Made by a program: the position numbers and the translations under genes. The notes below the pieces were generated by a model. It did not search any database, was not told the origin of the DNA, and saw nothing but the letters and a program-made list of their open reading frames with translations. A stretch of 64,000 nucleotides of DNA from Paraspadella gotoi. Its lineage: Eukaryota > Animalia > Chaetognatha. The stretch is from NCBI GenBank assembly GCA_051294375.1, contig CM119269.1, positions 11,816,809 to 11,880,808 of the forward strand, written 5' to 3'. Positions 31,350-43,390 of this stretch are shown here, piece by piece. Every line of letters begins with the position of its first letter. Positions within the stretch are counted from its first letter, which is position 1.

Positions 31350-33504
31350 TGCCTTTGACGAGTAACTGTAGGATAGGGAGGCGTCTTGTAGCTTCCGACG
31401 CTGTCTGATTGATTGAGTTTCATTCTTAACTTCGAACGACCAAAGTGAACTGAAGCCAAAAGAAATATTTTTTATTTTACATCAGTTACATTATATGATT
31501 TATTTACATTGGATAGTGGATACCTTATTATTACCATTTTAAGCTAAAAAAAACATAAGTTTTAAAAATGATCTACACTCAGAAATTTGATAAAAATCAC
31601 TAATGATTCTTTTAAGTAATTATTAAGATTACTATCATATCATTTTTATAATTGATATTATTTTTAATTTTCATTATTAGTATTAATAATGTTATTGAGA
31701 TTAACTTACCTGCTCGACGAGTCGTCCTTTTCGAAAAATTCGAGGTCCCACTGAATTTTTTTGTTCTTGTCAAAAAATGGATTTTCTTGGGAGTCTGAGA
31801 AGATTTGAGCAAACAATGACTGAGTTGCAATGAGACATTGAGTTTTCGCCAATTCTTACCGACTTTCATGGACGCGCGTGAATATTTTTTTTTTCCCGTT
31901 GATGACTCTCGACTGATTTCAAGTCAGAGAATCAACCATTAGGCAATTTTCAGTATACAATACATAGATTTATAAAGTTAATATATTCTGTCTTATTCCG
32001 TTTTTTGTTTTGTTTTTTTTTTTCAATCGAACTGACCTTTGTTTTGTTTTTTTTTCAATCGAACTGACCTTTGTTTTTCCGAAATTAATTCATAATCGAC
32101 GACGTCTTTGAATGAGATCGATTTTTTCAAACCTGATATGGTGGACTAAAACTGATTAATTTTCAAATAATTTATTGCGGGGCCCGAAAAAAAAAGAATC
32201 TTATACATAATGAAGTAACTTTTTTCAATTTGTGTAGGTGTCCATTTACCATACTCGTTCAAAATTTCTGACGAGTCTTTTTAAAAAATATTTATCAAAT
32301 ACAAATTCAATGTGTTACTTTTTCGTTTCCCTTTTCCTTTTCCCCAATTTGTATTCGTGACTCGATCAAGTTCTTCCTCTTTCGTCGATTCGTCCAAACT
32401 AGAAAAGCGAAAGAATGAACAAAAGGCTTATTTAGGTACAAATACAATACAATGATAATATAATGACGTTTAAAAAAAAATAATAATAATAATAATAATA
32501 CGTAATAATGTAAAAATTAAACTAAAGACCTTTAACGAAAATTATTTTATGATGCAACATAAAATATAAAATAATTTTCGTTAAATCTCAAACACAACGA
32601 AATAAAAGGATAATATCGAACAAACTAAAGACCTTAAATTAAACTGATCGGGATAAGTTTCTCGATTCAACGACGGGGTGCCCCTTTGACTCTCTCTCGC
32701 TCTTGCTCTTGCCGCCGCCACATCCTTCGCCCAAATCGCGATTCGCTCTCGATCGTAGACTGGGAGAAAAGGAAGGATCTCATATATATATATAATTTTT
32801 TATATATATATATATATATATATTCACATCCTTCGCCCAAATCGCGATTCGCTCTCGATCGTAGACTGGGAGAAAAGGTAGGATCTCATATATATATATA
32901 ATTATATATATATATATATATATANNNNNNNNNNTTTCTATGTCTCACCTTTCTCCGCCTTTCCTGCTCCCACTCCCTCTGGCGACACCGACCCTCTCGC
33001 CAACGATGACCTCCCTTCATTTCCGCGGAGAGGCCCGTCCTCCAGCAGCCCGTTTTCCAATGGCTCGTCCAGGGGCTCCGCATCGTCCACGAGACGTCGC
33101 TTCCCGAGTGAATCCACATCCGGTTCCAGAAATTCAGAAAAACTCGATAATTTGTCTTCGCTTCCGTTAATGTCGTCGTCGTCGTCGTCCACATTTCCCG
33201 CGCCATCATTGTTGTTGTTGTTGTTGTTGTAGCCTCGCCGAGTCGAGTCTCTCCTACTCCTTCCACCATTGTGGGCGTGGTCCTTATTTTCGAAGCCCCC
33301 GTCGTTGTTGTTGTTGTAATTCTTTCTACGCCCTTCCACAAGTTGACGACCGAGTTGGCGGAGGTTGGGCCTTGTCGAGGAGGTCTCCCCGTAGAGGCTC
33401 AACATCGTCTTCAGCTTCGCCATCTTCACCATCTGCGAGGGACTTCGGAAGTCCAGCATCTCGGCCAGACGGTTGATCTCCTCCAGCCTGTTCTTCCGCG
33501 CCAT
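31350..33504 (-). CDS. Uncharacterised low-complexity protein; probably the 5' part of the SHIPPO-repeat gene
   Basis: ATG at 33504, then phase-compatible exons 33504-32949, 32759-32633, 32398-32319, 32132-32069, 31912-31860, 31794-31710, 31449-~31350. Exon 1 has strong GC3 bias. No domain was recognised. Confidence 0.6.
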
Positions 33505-34027
33505 TGAGTTGGTCCTCGTCGTCGTCGTCGCAGTCGTCTTTAACGAAGTTCGTTAAAAACGTTCGGATTTGCTAATTCGCTTCATTATTACGGAAAAGTT
33601 CTTGAGAATAGTAGGATGGCGTTTTATCGTGCTATAAAATTATTAATATACATACAGAGTTAGATTTATACTTATGTTAAAACTCCATTTTTACTTTTAG
33701 ATTTTCCAAAGGATATTTAAAAATGCGGCGGCACTTCGATTGAACAATATTGACAGCATTAATTCCTTTTATGCCCGAACTTTCATTACCGTATTTTCTT
33801 TTATATACCGTATCGTTTATCATTCGTGCTTTTTTAACTTTAGTATTACATCTGATAATCATTTCTTTTCGTTGTTGTTTAATATTTAGAGAAAACAAAG
33901 CGTTTTTGAATTTATGACAACGATTTATTTTAATAGACGGACATCTTTTGACTCTTTGGGTTCAAGTCTTCATCAGCATTTGAAATTCACAAACTTTTCA
34001 GTTCTTTTCATTGACTTTGGAGAGAGA

Positions 34028-34313
34028 TGTGGATAAGGCGCTACGTGGGCTGAAGATGACTGTCCGTAACTTCTATAACCCCCTCTAGCAGCCATGGAAC
34101 GGGTCCCTGGGCTTGGAACCAGGCTTGAGGGTTTGCCATGCCCCCAAGGCGGCTTACGGCCGTCCTCACGCTTCTCGCAGGGTAGGTACCGAGTTGGGAT
34201 TGAACCTGGTACCTAGTGGTCATGAGCTGATGGCTTTACTCAATGAGCCACCGGGTCACAACTGAAAGTGTCATGATTCTAGGCGGGGTGAACCTAGGCA
34301 ATGCCCGACTACA
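34028..34313 (-). mobile_element. Family-A solo LTR (286 bp) inserted into the Penelope pLTR
   Basis: TGTAGTCGGG...CCACA with GAGA TSD. The insertion is absent from the sister pLTR at ~36060. Confidence 0.9.
34099..34178 (-). ncRNA. Twister ribozyme, P5-type permutation (best family-A copy)
   Basis: GCGAG-AA-GCGT-GA-GGA-CGGCCG-TAA-GCC-GC-[CTTGGGGG..CCCTCAAG]-CCTGG-TTCCAAGC-CCAGG-GA-CCCGT. T1 is UCC:GGA and T2 is GC:GC. Predicted cut between 34156 and 34155. Confidence 0.8.
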
Positions 34314-34337
34314 GAGAGAAAGATTGAGAGAGAGATT

Positions 34338-34370
<33 letters not shown>

Positions 34371-36105
34371 CTTCCAACAAAGAATTGAGTAAAGGACAGT
34401 GGTCAGATGTGAGGACAGGTGAAAGCGAGGGAAGGGAAGGAGAGTAAGTAAATGTGAAATTTGGTGAAAAGAGAGAGAGAGAAAGAGAGAGAGACAATAA
34501 AAAAACAGTGAAAAAGAAATAAACTAAAATAATAACAAAGATTATGATTCCATCGACCCCCAAGCTTCAGGCCGCCGAGCTTGAGCACATCAAAAGAGCC
34601 CTGGCGATCAATGGTTACCCTCTGTAGGCTTATGAAAAGGCTAGGTTCCGGCAGAATCTGGCTGAGGACAGTGGCCACCAAGGGGCTGTCCAAGTAGCTG
34701 CTAATGTAGGTTCAACCTCCACCCCCCCAGGAGGAAGAATGAGGCCTTGCCTTGCCTTGCCTTGCCCTTCACAGCACAACCGGGAGATAAGCAGAAGCGT
34801 CTCAAGAACGTGGGTCACTTGTCCCTCCCCTACCACCAGGGGATCACTGAATCATTGCTGTTGGTGCTAGCAAACTAGGGGATCTCCACTTCAGTGATGA
34901 CCCACGGCTCTCTACCTGAGCAATTGGTGAAACCGAAAGACAAAATCCCCAGACCAAAAACATCAGGAGCCGTCAATTGGGCAGCCTGTGCAGGGGCGGG
35001 CAACCAAGCCTGTACAGCAGCATATGTGGGCGAGACAGGCAAGTCTCTTTCAGATCGGTTCCAGCCCTATCGCGATTCAAGAGGGCATTTCCTTTCGGCA
35101 ATTGCAGAGCATGCGACGAATATGGGCCATCTGTTTAAAGAGGAAGACTGTCTTGTGCTGTCCCATGACCAAAACTGGTTTTCAAGAGGTATTAGAGAGG
35201 CGATTTACATCAAAGCCCTCGAGCCCTCTTTGAACCGTGATGAAGGACGATTTAATCAAAACTGTGGTGGAGCACCCAACGCCACCTTAACCGAATGGTG
35301 ATTTCCCTCTCCCCACTCAACGGGTCAGGCGGAGGCCTCCTAGCAAGCAATGGACGTCCAATGCCTCTCCCAACCCTCGTACTGAGTGCCGCCTAAAGCG
35401 ACAGCTGCAGGAGGAGGGAGAGGAGTCTGTATTTCCTGTTTCTAAACAGGCCAGAACAGACTACCGCCCGCCTCACCATCAGGTGAGAGGAGGGCTCTCG
35501 GCAGTCTTATCAGGTCAGAGAGATATTCGAGTGGCTCTTGGCATATTTCCAGCAGGATCCTTGCCAGATCCCAACCTCTCCTACTCCACCACAATATCCT
35601 CTCAACCCATTACAAGCCAATGACCCGAGCTCATTGTTAACGCCCTTCATTTGCCCTGCCAGGGGGGGGCTAGCTCATTTTGAGCTCCTTCTCACCTTAT
35701 TTTTCCTTTACCTTTATCTTATCTATCCCTCATAACTTATTCTTCCATTTCAAATTTCTATTCTTCAATTTTTCATTATTTTAAATCTCCAATTTTCACA
35801 AACAATTATTTAATAATCTTTGTTATTATTTTAGTTTATTTCTTTTTCACTGTTGTACATGACCAAATGTATTAATTTTTTTTGTCTCTCTCTCTTCCTC
35901 TCTCTCTCTTTTCACCAAATTTCACATTTACATACTCTCCTTCCCTTCCCTCACTTTCACCTGTCCACACGTCCGACCACTGTCCTTTACTCAATTCTTT
36001 GTTGGAAGCTCTCTCTCTTTCTCTCTCTCTCTCTCTCAATCTCTCTCTCAATCTTTCTCTCTCTCCAAAGTCAATGAAAACAACTGAAAAGTTTGTGAAT
36101 TTCAA

Positions 36106-36148
36106 ATGCTGATGAAGACTCGAACCCAAAGAGTCGAAAGATGTCCGT
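36106..36148 (+). ncRNA. Degenerate minimal hammerhead in the Penelope pLTR (sister copy 33938-33980, minus strand)
   Basis: ATG-CTGATGA-A-GACTC-GAACCCAAA-GAGTC-GAAA-GATG-TC-CGT, with a stem III mismatch. Confidence 0.65.
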
Positions 36149-36686
36149 CTATTAAAATAAATCGTTGTCATAAATTCAAAAACGCTTTGTTTTCTCTAAA
36201 CTTAAGTATTAAACTTATAATTAAATTTAAAGGCATACGATATTATTCAAATTCGCGATTTCTCTTCAGACACTCTTTAGACGCGAGTGCGATTCCTACG
36301 TTAAACGTAACCTATCTTTTAGTCTTTTTTAGACTCACTGCTGTAGCCCCCACATGTCGAACCCGCCATCCTATAGAAAGAAAAAAAACACACATTGAGG
36401 CGGGTCGGCTAGATTGACCCTATCTACCTCTTTCTATATCGGGTCAAAAAAAAACAACAACAAAAAACAGTCACGTGACAACCGTGCTTCAACAAAAGGA
36501 TTCGCCGTCTGGATCGACCCCTTTCGGTTTTCTCTCCATCGATTATTAATTCTTTTCATTCATTTCTTTTCTTCTTTTGATTCATTCATTTCGTTTCATC
36601 GTTTTGTTTCATTCAAAGAACGACAATTGATTTCTTAGTTGACCCTAAAATTAGTCTTTTGTTCCCCGGATGAAAAAAAGTTTTCT

Positions 36687-37830
36687 TAGTCGGATCTGCT
36701 TATCAGCAGATCCCGACTCTATAATTCACTTTGTTGGTCCGTCGGTCCGCCCCCTCAATATTGTCGGGCACTAACTTATATCATGTCAGAACATTGAATT
36801 ATGATAAATTATGCAAAATGTAAATGAAGGATGTATTAATAAATCAAATAATTAATCAGTTAATTAATCAATTAGCTAATTAATTAATTAATTATTAATT
36901 AATTAGTCAATCAATCCGTCCATCCGTCCCATCTTAGCAAAAAGCTCCAATAACTCGTGATTGGCTGGTTGGATTGGAATGAAATTTTATGTGTGGGTAG
37001 GACAGTGTGAGATGAAGCTGGATATAAAGTTTCGATAGAATCGTGCGAGTGGAAATGAGTTTAAATGGAAAAAACATAAGTTGCATTTACTAAAATCTTT
37101 TTACTTATTTTAACCAATAAATACTTTATTTAATCATAATTGGATGAATAGATTTATTTGAAATTTTGTGTGTCGGTAGGGAAGTGTGTGACGAAGCTTG
37201 ATACAAAGTTTCGGTGGAAACGTACGAGTGGAAATGAGTTTAAATAAAAAAAATATGAGTCACATTTACTTGAATCTTTTTGTTTTCACGACCTTTTTAG
37301 TCCTGCAATGTTACTTATTTTAACCCATAATTACTCGAATTAATCATAATTGAATTAATAGATTGAAAAGGAAAGTGTGTGAAGAAGCTAGATATAAAGT
37401 TTTGACGAAATTGTGCCTGTGGAAATGAGTTTAAATGGAAAAAACATAATTCACATTTTCTTGAATATTTTTTATTTATGATTACTAATAAATGTTTTAA
37501 TTAATTAATTAATTAATTTGAAAAAATGATACAATTTAAAAAAATTATGCAAGTTGAAAAAATTATGCAAGTTGAAAAAATGATGCAAGTTGAAAAAATG
37601 ATGCAAGTTAAAAAAAATGATGCGAATTGTAAAAATGATGTAAATTGAAAAAATGATGAGTTGAAAAATTATGTGCGTGAAAAAAATTATACGAGTTAAA
37701 AAAATGATGCGAGTTAAAAAAATGATGCGAGTTAAAAAAATATTAAAAAAATATTGTGATTTATCATCTGATTAGCAGATTACCGCTTAATTATTGTAGG
37801 CAGATCGGACATTGTTTGCTCAAACTTGTT
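36687..37830 (+). mobile_element. Helentron/DINE-1-like non-autonomous element (partial copies ~8850-9135 and ~24000-24203)
   Basis: 5' hairpin AGTCGGATCTGCT..AGCAGATCCCGACT, a CCGT microsatellite, 3' subterminal GCAGATCGGAC and a CTTGTT end in T-rich flanks. Confidence 0.7.
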
Positions 37831-39503
37831 TTCTCGTTGGTGACTGGTCGATATATCTGACTCTAGATCTTTGAAACAGGTTCGTCAGACGGGATCAGCA
37901 GCCGGGATCAGCAGCCGGGATCAGCAGCCGGAATCGTCGACCGGAATGGGCAATTGGGCATCCCTCGGCATCTCTCGGAAATCCCTAATCATCTCTCGGC
38001 ATCCCTCGGCATCCCTCGGCATCGCTCGGCATCCCTCACGTCGTAATCTCCCGACCTTTGAAATTTTTCGTCTCGTCGGCCGTCTGCGATCGAAGATCCG
38101 AATGAGACCACGGATCTCTTTTTGTGTTCCGGAAAATTATCTGATACCCGATTATTCATTGACCATTGATTAATGAATAATGCTCCATCGAAGTCTTCAC
38201 TTGATTTTTTTTTTTGGCCGATGGAATTGTCTGGAGGATTAATTTTAGAAAATCGTCTTCCAGTCAACATTGGGATTGTCTCCTTTAAGTCGCAGCTCAC
38301 AATTTTCACAAAGGCAAAAGTCTCGTTCACGATGATCTGGTGAAGATTTTAGACGCATTTCCTAACCAAAAACGACTCACTTCAAGAATTAATAGTGTGA
38401 TAGTAATACTCGTAATAGAGTTTTTAATTTTACACCATTACTACATAGTTTTAATAAAACTTTTATCGCCATCATTCTTCGTTCAGCCAAAAAATATTGT
38501 ATAATATTGGAAAATATTGTATCTTTCTCTGGAGTACATCCAAATATTTTAAAGCGAGAAAGAGGGAGAGAATGAATGAATAAAGGATTGAATGTGTCAA
38601 GCTGAACCAATGGCTATCATTACAGCGTGACTGCTGACGGACGGGGTGTGGTCACGAATCCACAGTGCCTCAGAGTCAACCCGATAGACAATGGGTTGAT
38701 GAAGCAACACTCAAGAGAAAAGAGTGTTTGAACTGTCGACAACTAGGGGTGTTCTCCACATGAAGATGAAGAGGACGATGCACCACTGTTACAGAGGGAT
38801 TGTTGTGGGGGATGCCGGCGGGCACTGGCCGGGCTTGAGAAGCTCGAGACCCTCAGTTAACCTCACGGCTTCACGGTCGACCACAATGTTGCCCATTGTG
38901 TAGGATCTGTGAATATGAATAACGCAAGAGACGGGAACCCAATGACCTTACTGGGCTTCATATTCTCGAGTGATGTGATTATATCTTTGACAATAAATTA
39001 CACTTTATGAAGTAAAGTTGTGTTACCTGTTTTGTCAAATGTCAAAATTTTATCCAACCTACCTTCTCTATAACATTTTCCTTATTTAAATATTTTTCTT
39101 TCTTCTTTTCCTTCTTTCTTCCTTTCTTTTTCTCTTTATGAAAATTTGCAAATTACTTGTTTCACTATTTTTTATTTTTCTATTTTAATATTTTAATATT
39201 TTTATGAAGGATTTAGTATTTAATCTATATTATTTATTCAAATATATATTGCTTTCTTTTTTAAAAATGTTTTATTTATCTAATAATTCAATTTGGGAAG
39301 GGGAAGTCAGTGTTGTCTTCTGGAAATAGAGGGAGCATCTATGCAACACAAGGTTAGATTACTATCTGTCCTAGTTTTCTAATAGATATCACTTTATTTC
39401 TTTATTCCTTTCTTCTTCATTCAAAACAACTAATCTTAATCTTTTTTTCTTCTCTTTTTCTTTCTTTTCTTTTTTTCTTTTCTTTTTTTTCTCTTTATTT
39501 TTT

Positions 39504-39547
<44 letters not shown>

Positions 39548-40184
39548 TTTCTCTTTCTTTCTTTTTTTTCTTTTTTTCATTATCCGCCTTGTTTGATTTC
39601 CAACCAGGGCCTATCCCCCAGATATAATATTCTTTCTCAATTCTTGGCCACACCTAAAGTTTGAGAATAAAATGCGAGTTATTAAGTAGACTAAGAATGG
39701 GGCCTTATTTTCCCAGAACGCCCCATTTTATCATAAAATATTAAATTAGGTTAATTTTTTAAATTAAATATTAAGTTAGAGGTTAGAGTTTGGGGTTAGG
39801 TTAAGATTCAAGTTAGTGATTAAGGTTAGGGATTTGGAAGCTCAAGGACTTTGTTAAGGATTTCGGTTAGAGACGAGAATTTAGGGTTAATGGTTAAGAT
39901 TAGAAATATGGATTTAAGGTTGGACTTCAAGATTAGATTAAGGATAAAGATTAAGGACAGGGATTAATTTATAAGTTTTAAAATAATTTAAGTTAATTAA
40001 TAATTATTAAGATTAAAATTAAATTCTAGGATAAACGTACAGTAACGGGGCAGTCTAGGAAAATAGAGCCATTTAACCCGGAAAAAATGAAAAAGAAAAA
40101 AAAAAAAACCAAAAAAATTAAACCAAACAAAATAAAACAAAACAGAAAACAACGTTTTTGGTTCATTTTCAAAAAAAAAAAATA

Positions 40185-40220
<36 letters not shown>

Positions 40221-40561
40221 CAAAATAGTGTCCATCTGTATGAGGGATGGAGGATCAGGTAAGTCGGAAGGCAAATCCGTCTTCGAATCCTCTACTTACC
40301 CTGAAAAGAGGGAAAGGAAAGACTTACCCTGTCGGGGGAGGAAGAGAACGACGGGGTTCTGGAAGAGGTCGATGTGGATCAAGGGTCTAAAGAGGAAAGG
40401 GGTTGAAAGAGGGGGTGGAAGCAGGAGGTGGAAGAGGGGGTGGAAGAGGGGGCTTGAGTTAAAAAGACTTTAGAAAAAAAAAAAAAAAAATAAATCGTAG
40501 CCTAATTTCTCTTNNNNNNNNNNNNNNNNNNNNNNNNNNNNNNNNNNNNNNNNNNNNNNNN

Positions 40562-40595
<34 letters not shown>

Positions 40596-40878
40596 ATTTA
40601 TATTTTTCATTTCTATCTTTCTCTCTTTCTATCCTTATTTCTTTCTCTTTTTCTTTATTCCTTTCTTCTTCATTCAAAACAACTAATCTTAATCTTTCTT
40701 TTCTCTCTTTTTCTTTCTTTTCTTTTTTTTCTTTTCTTTTTTTCTCTTCTCTTTCCACTCTTCTATTTCTTCCCTTCTCCTCTTCATTCTTAACGAGAAA
40801 AACGAACTCGGTTATCTTTTCTCCGTCTCTCACGTAATTTCTTTTATGTTTCGAGTGGCGCCTTACACACACTCTCTC

Positions 40879-40986
<108 letters not shown>

Positions 40987-41860
40987 GCGCCGTTCGATTA
41001 ATCGATGCAGCCTCTGCTCAAAACATCCTTTCCTCGTCCTCTTGTCACAGAGGCGCCGGTCTCGAACGACGACGTGAAAGACTCACTCGATCTCACTTTA
41101 TCTCTTCCCCCACTCCACCACTCCTTCCCCTCCCTCTCTCCCCCTCTCCCCCCCCCTTAGCTTCGAATTCCGTTATCTCATCGCGACGACGATAACGAAG
41201 ACAGTAAATGCGACGACGATAACGAAATGAATCGAACGTCAACTTTATCGTAATCGAGGAAAACGCCGAGACGTCGACGCCACCGGCAACGGAGACGGCG
41301 ACGATAATGAGGACGACGAAGACGAAAACAACGACAATGATGAAGACGACGACGATAATGAGGACGACGAAGACGAAAACAACGACGATGATGAAGATGA
41401 CAACAATGATGATGAAGAGGACGATGAAGACGACAACAACGACGATAAAGAGAACAATGAAGATGACAACAATAATGAGGACGATGAAAATGAAAACAAC
41501 GACAATGATGAAGACGACGACGATAATGAGGACGACGATGACGAAAACAACGACGATGAAGACGACGACGATGAGGACGACGAAGACGATAACAACGACG
41601 ACGCCTTTTTCGACGGCGAGACTTAAGTTTATTCCCCTGAACGGAAACAGGAGACAACGAAGAGACGAATAAGATTCAAGAGCAGACGACAAATAGGACA
41701 ATGGCGACGTAGGGACGATGACGACGACGACGAAGACGACGACGACAACAGCGGTAATTACGACGTTCGAATTTAATTTTGAAAAGAATGACGACGACGA
41801 CGACGACGACGACGATGAAATCGTTAAAATCGTCGATGATGAAGTTCAACAAAAAAGCCG

Positions 41861-41899
<39 letters not shown>

Positions 41900-41941
41900 A
41901 TGAGATGACCCTGGTCCCTAGTGTCGACACATCCCCTAGTA

Positions 41942-42025
<84 letters not shown>

Positions 42026-42120
42026 GAGAGAGTGAGAGAGAGAGAGAGAGAGAGAGGGTTGGGTGAGAGTTTTTTTTACGCTAAAAAAAATTCGTTAAAT
42101 ATTTCGATGATGATGATGAA

Positions 42121-42177
<57 letters not shown>

Positions 42178-43357
42178 AATTATAATGATGACAATGACAA
42201 GGAAAGAATAACGAATGACTGAATTAATCAACCGATACTTAAATGAATTAATGAATGAATCAATCAATAAAAAATGAATGAATGAATGAATGAATGAATG
42301 AATGAATGAATGAATGAATGAATGAATGAATGAATTAATGAATGAACGAAGCCGTCAAAGACCGAATTCATTTGTAAAAAAATCGAACCCAATTTAAATG
42401 TAATCTTTTATTTTATTCATAATTTCATTGTGCAATGTTTTTCGTCGTGATAAATAATCAATGAAATTCAGAGATGCGCGATGAAAACGAATCAGGTTTT
42501 TGTTGGAAAATCTTTATCTTAAAATAACAACAACAACGAAATTCGAGGCTTCGCTCAGTCGGACTTTATACGGCTAAGTACGACCAGTACATTATTACCT
42601 TTTTCTAACTTACTATCTAGAAAAAAAGTATATAACATAATTTATTTATTCAATAAAAAGTATACAAAACATGGGTAAAACATTCTCAATATTTGGTATG
42701 CCCTTCCTCGGTTTCAACTTCTGCCTGCATTTGTCTGGGCATGCTCTCATACAGCATATTTAGGTATGACAGTGAAATGTTTTTCTACATCTTTAACGCA
42801 ATTCTTTTCAGACTCGATATTGATGTTACATGTCTTTCCCTTTTTCTAAAAGGTATAAATCCCTATACTATAATAGCACTTTTTTGAACCAAATTTTTGA
42901 ACCATTGCCAAATTAAAAAAAAATATATTAAAAAATAACTAACTCTATTCGAAATAAAAACAAATAACTAAATATCAAAAAGGAGGAAAACTAAATATAT
43001 TTTTTTTTACCATTTTTCATTTGAAGTAACAATATTATTTGGCCTGTAACTTCTAAACGATTTGACCTACAAAAAAATGGAAGGAAATTACTGAAAAGAA
43101 ATTTAATGTAGATCTGGAAACATTCTGATTTTTTTTACATCAAACAAGTTTTCGAATAGATATCTTTTATGAAAAATGTTATATACTATTTTCCTAGATA
43201 GTAGTATATTTTCTTTTTTTTTTCAAAAGCTGGCAAAAGTTGTAACGAACTTTGAACGGTCCGCTCTCNNNNNNNNNNAAAGAAAAGGTGGAAAAAGACG
43301 AAATTCTTTTTTCGAGGAAAAAACAGAATCAAATTCCAGGGGGAAAATGTGGATCAC

Positions 43358-43390
<33 letters not shown>

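Larger units (their letters stand above)
33885..36200 (+). mobile_element. 5'-truncated Penelope-like element with inverted pseudo-LTR (33885-34547 inverted vs 35812-36200) and GIY-YIG endonuclease remnant
   Basis: ELEHIKRALAINGYP at ~34575. ORF 34894-35301 reads YVGETG...R...AEH...REAIYIK...PSLNRDEG. Both pLTRs contain hammerhead cores. Confidence 0.9.

Noticed and set aside
32826-32890. Apparent duplicated exon
   Set aside because: It is a partial copy of ~32719-32785 between (TA)n runs next to an N gap, so probably an assembly artefact.
33060-33130. SLGKRR as a neuropeptide amidation/cleavage site
   Set aside because: The ORF has no signal peptide and no repeated peptide units.
37989-38910. 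Possible minus-strand exons and a GC-rich island with hairpins (~38593-38885)
   Set aside because: I could not establish a consistent exon chain, domain, TSD or ribozyme core.
41093-41701. 202-aa Val/Ile-rich membrane-protein-like ORF
   Set aside because: It is the antisense reading of a GAC/GAT triplet tract.
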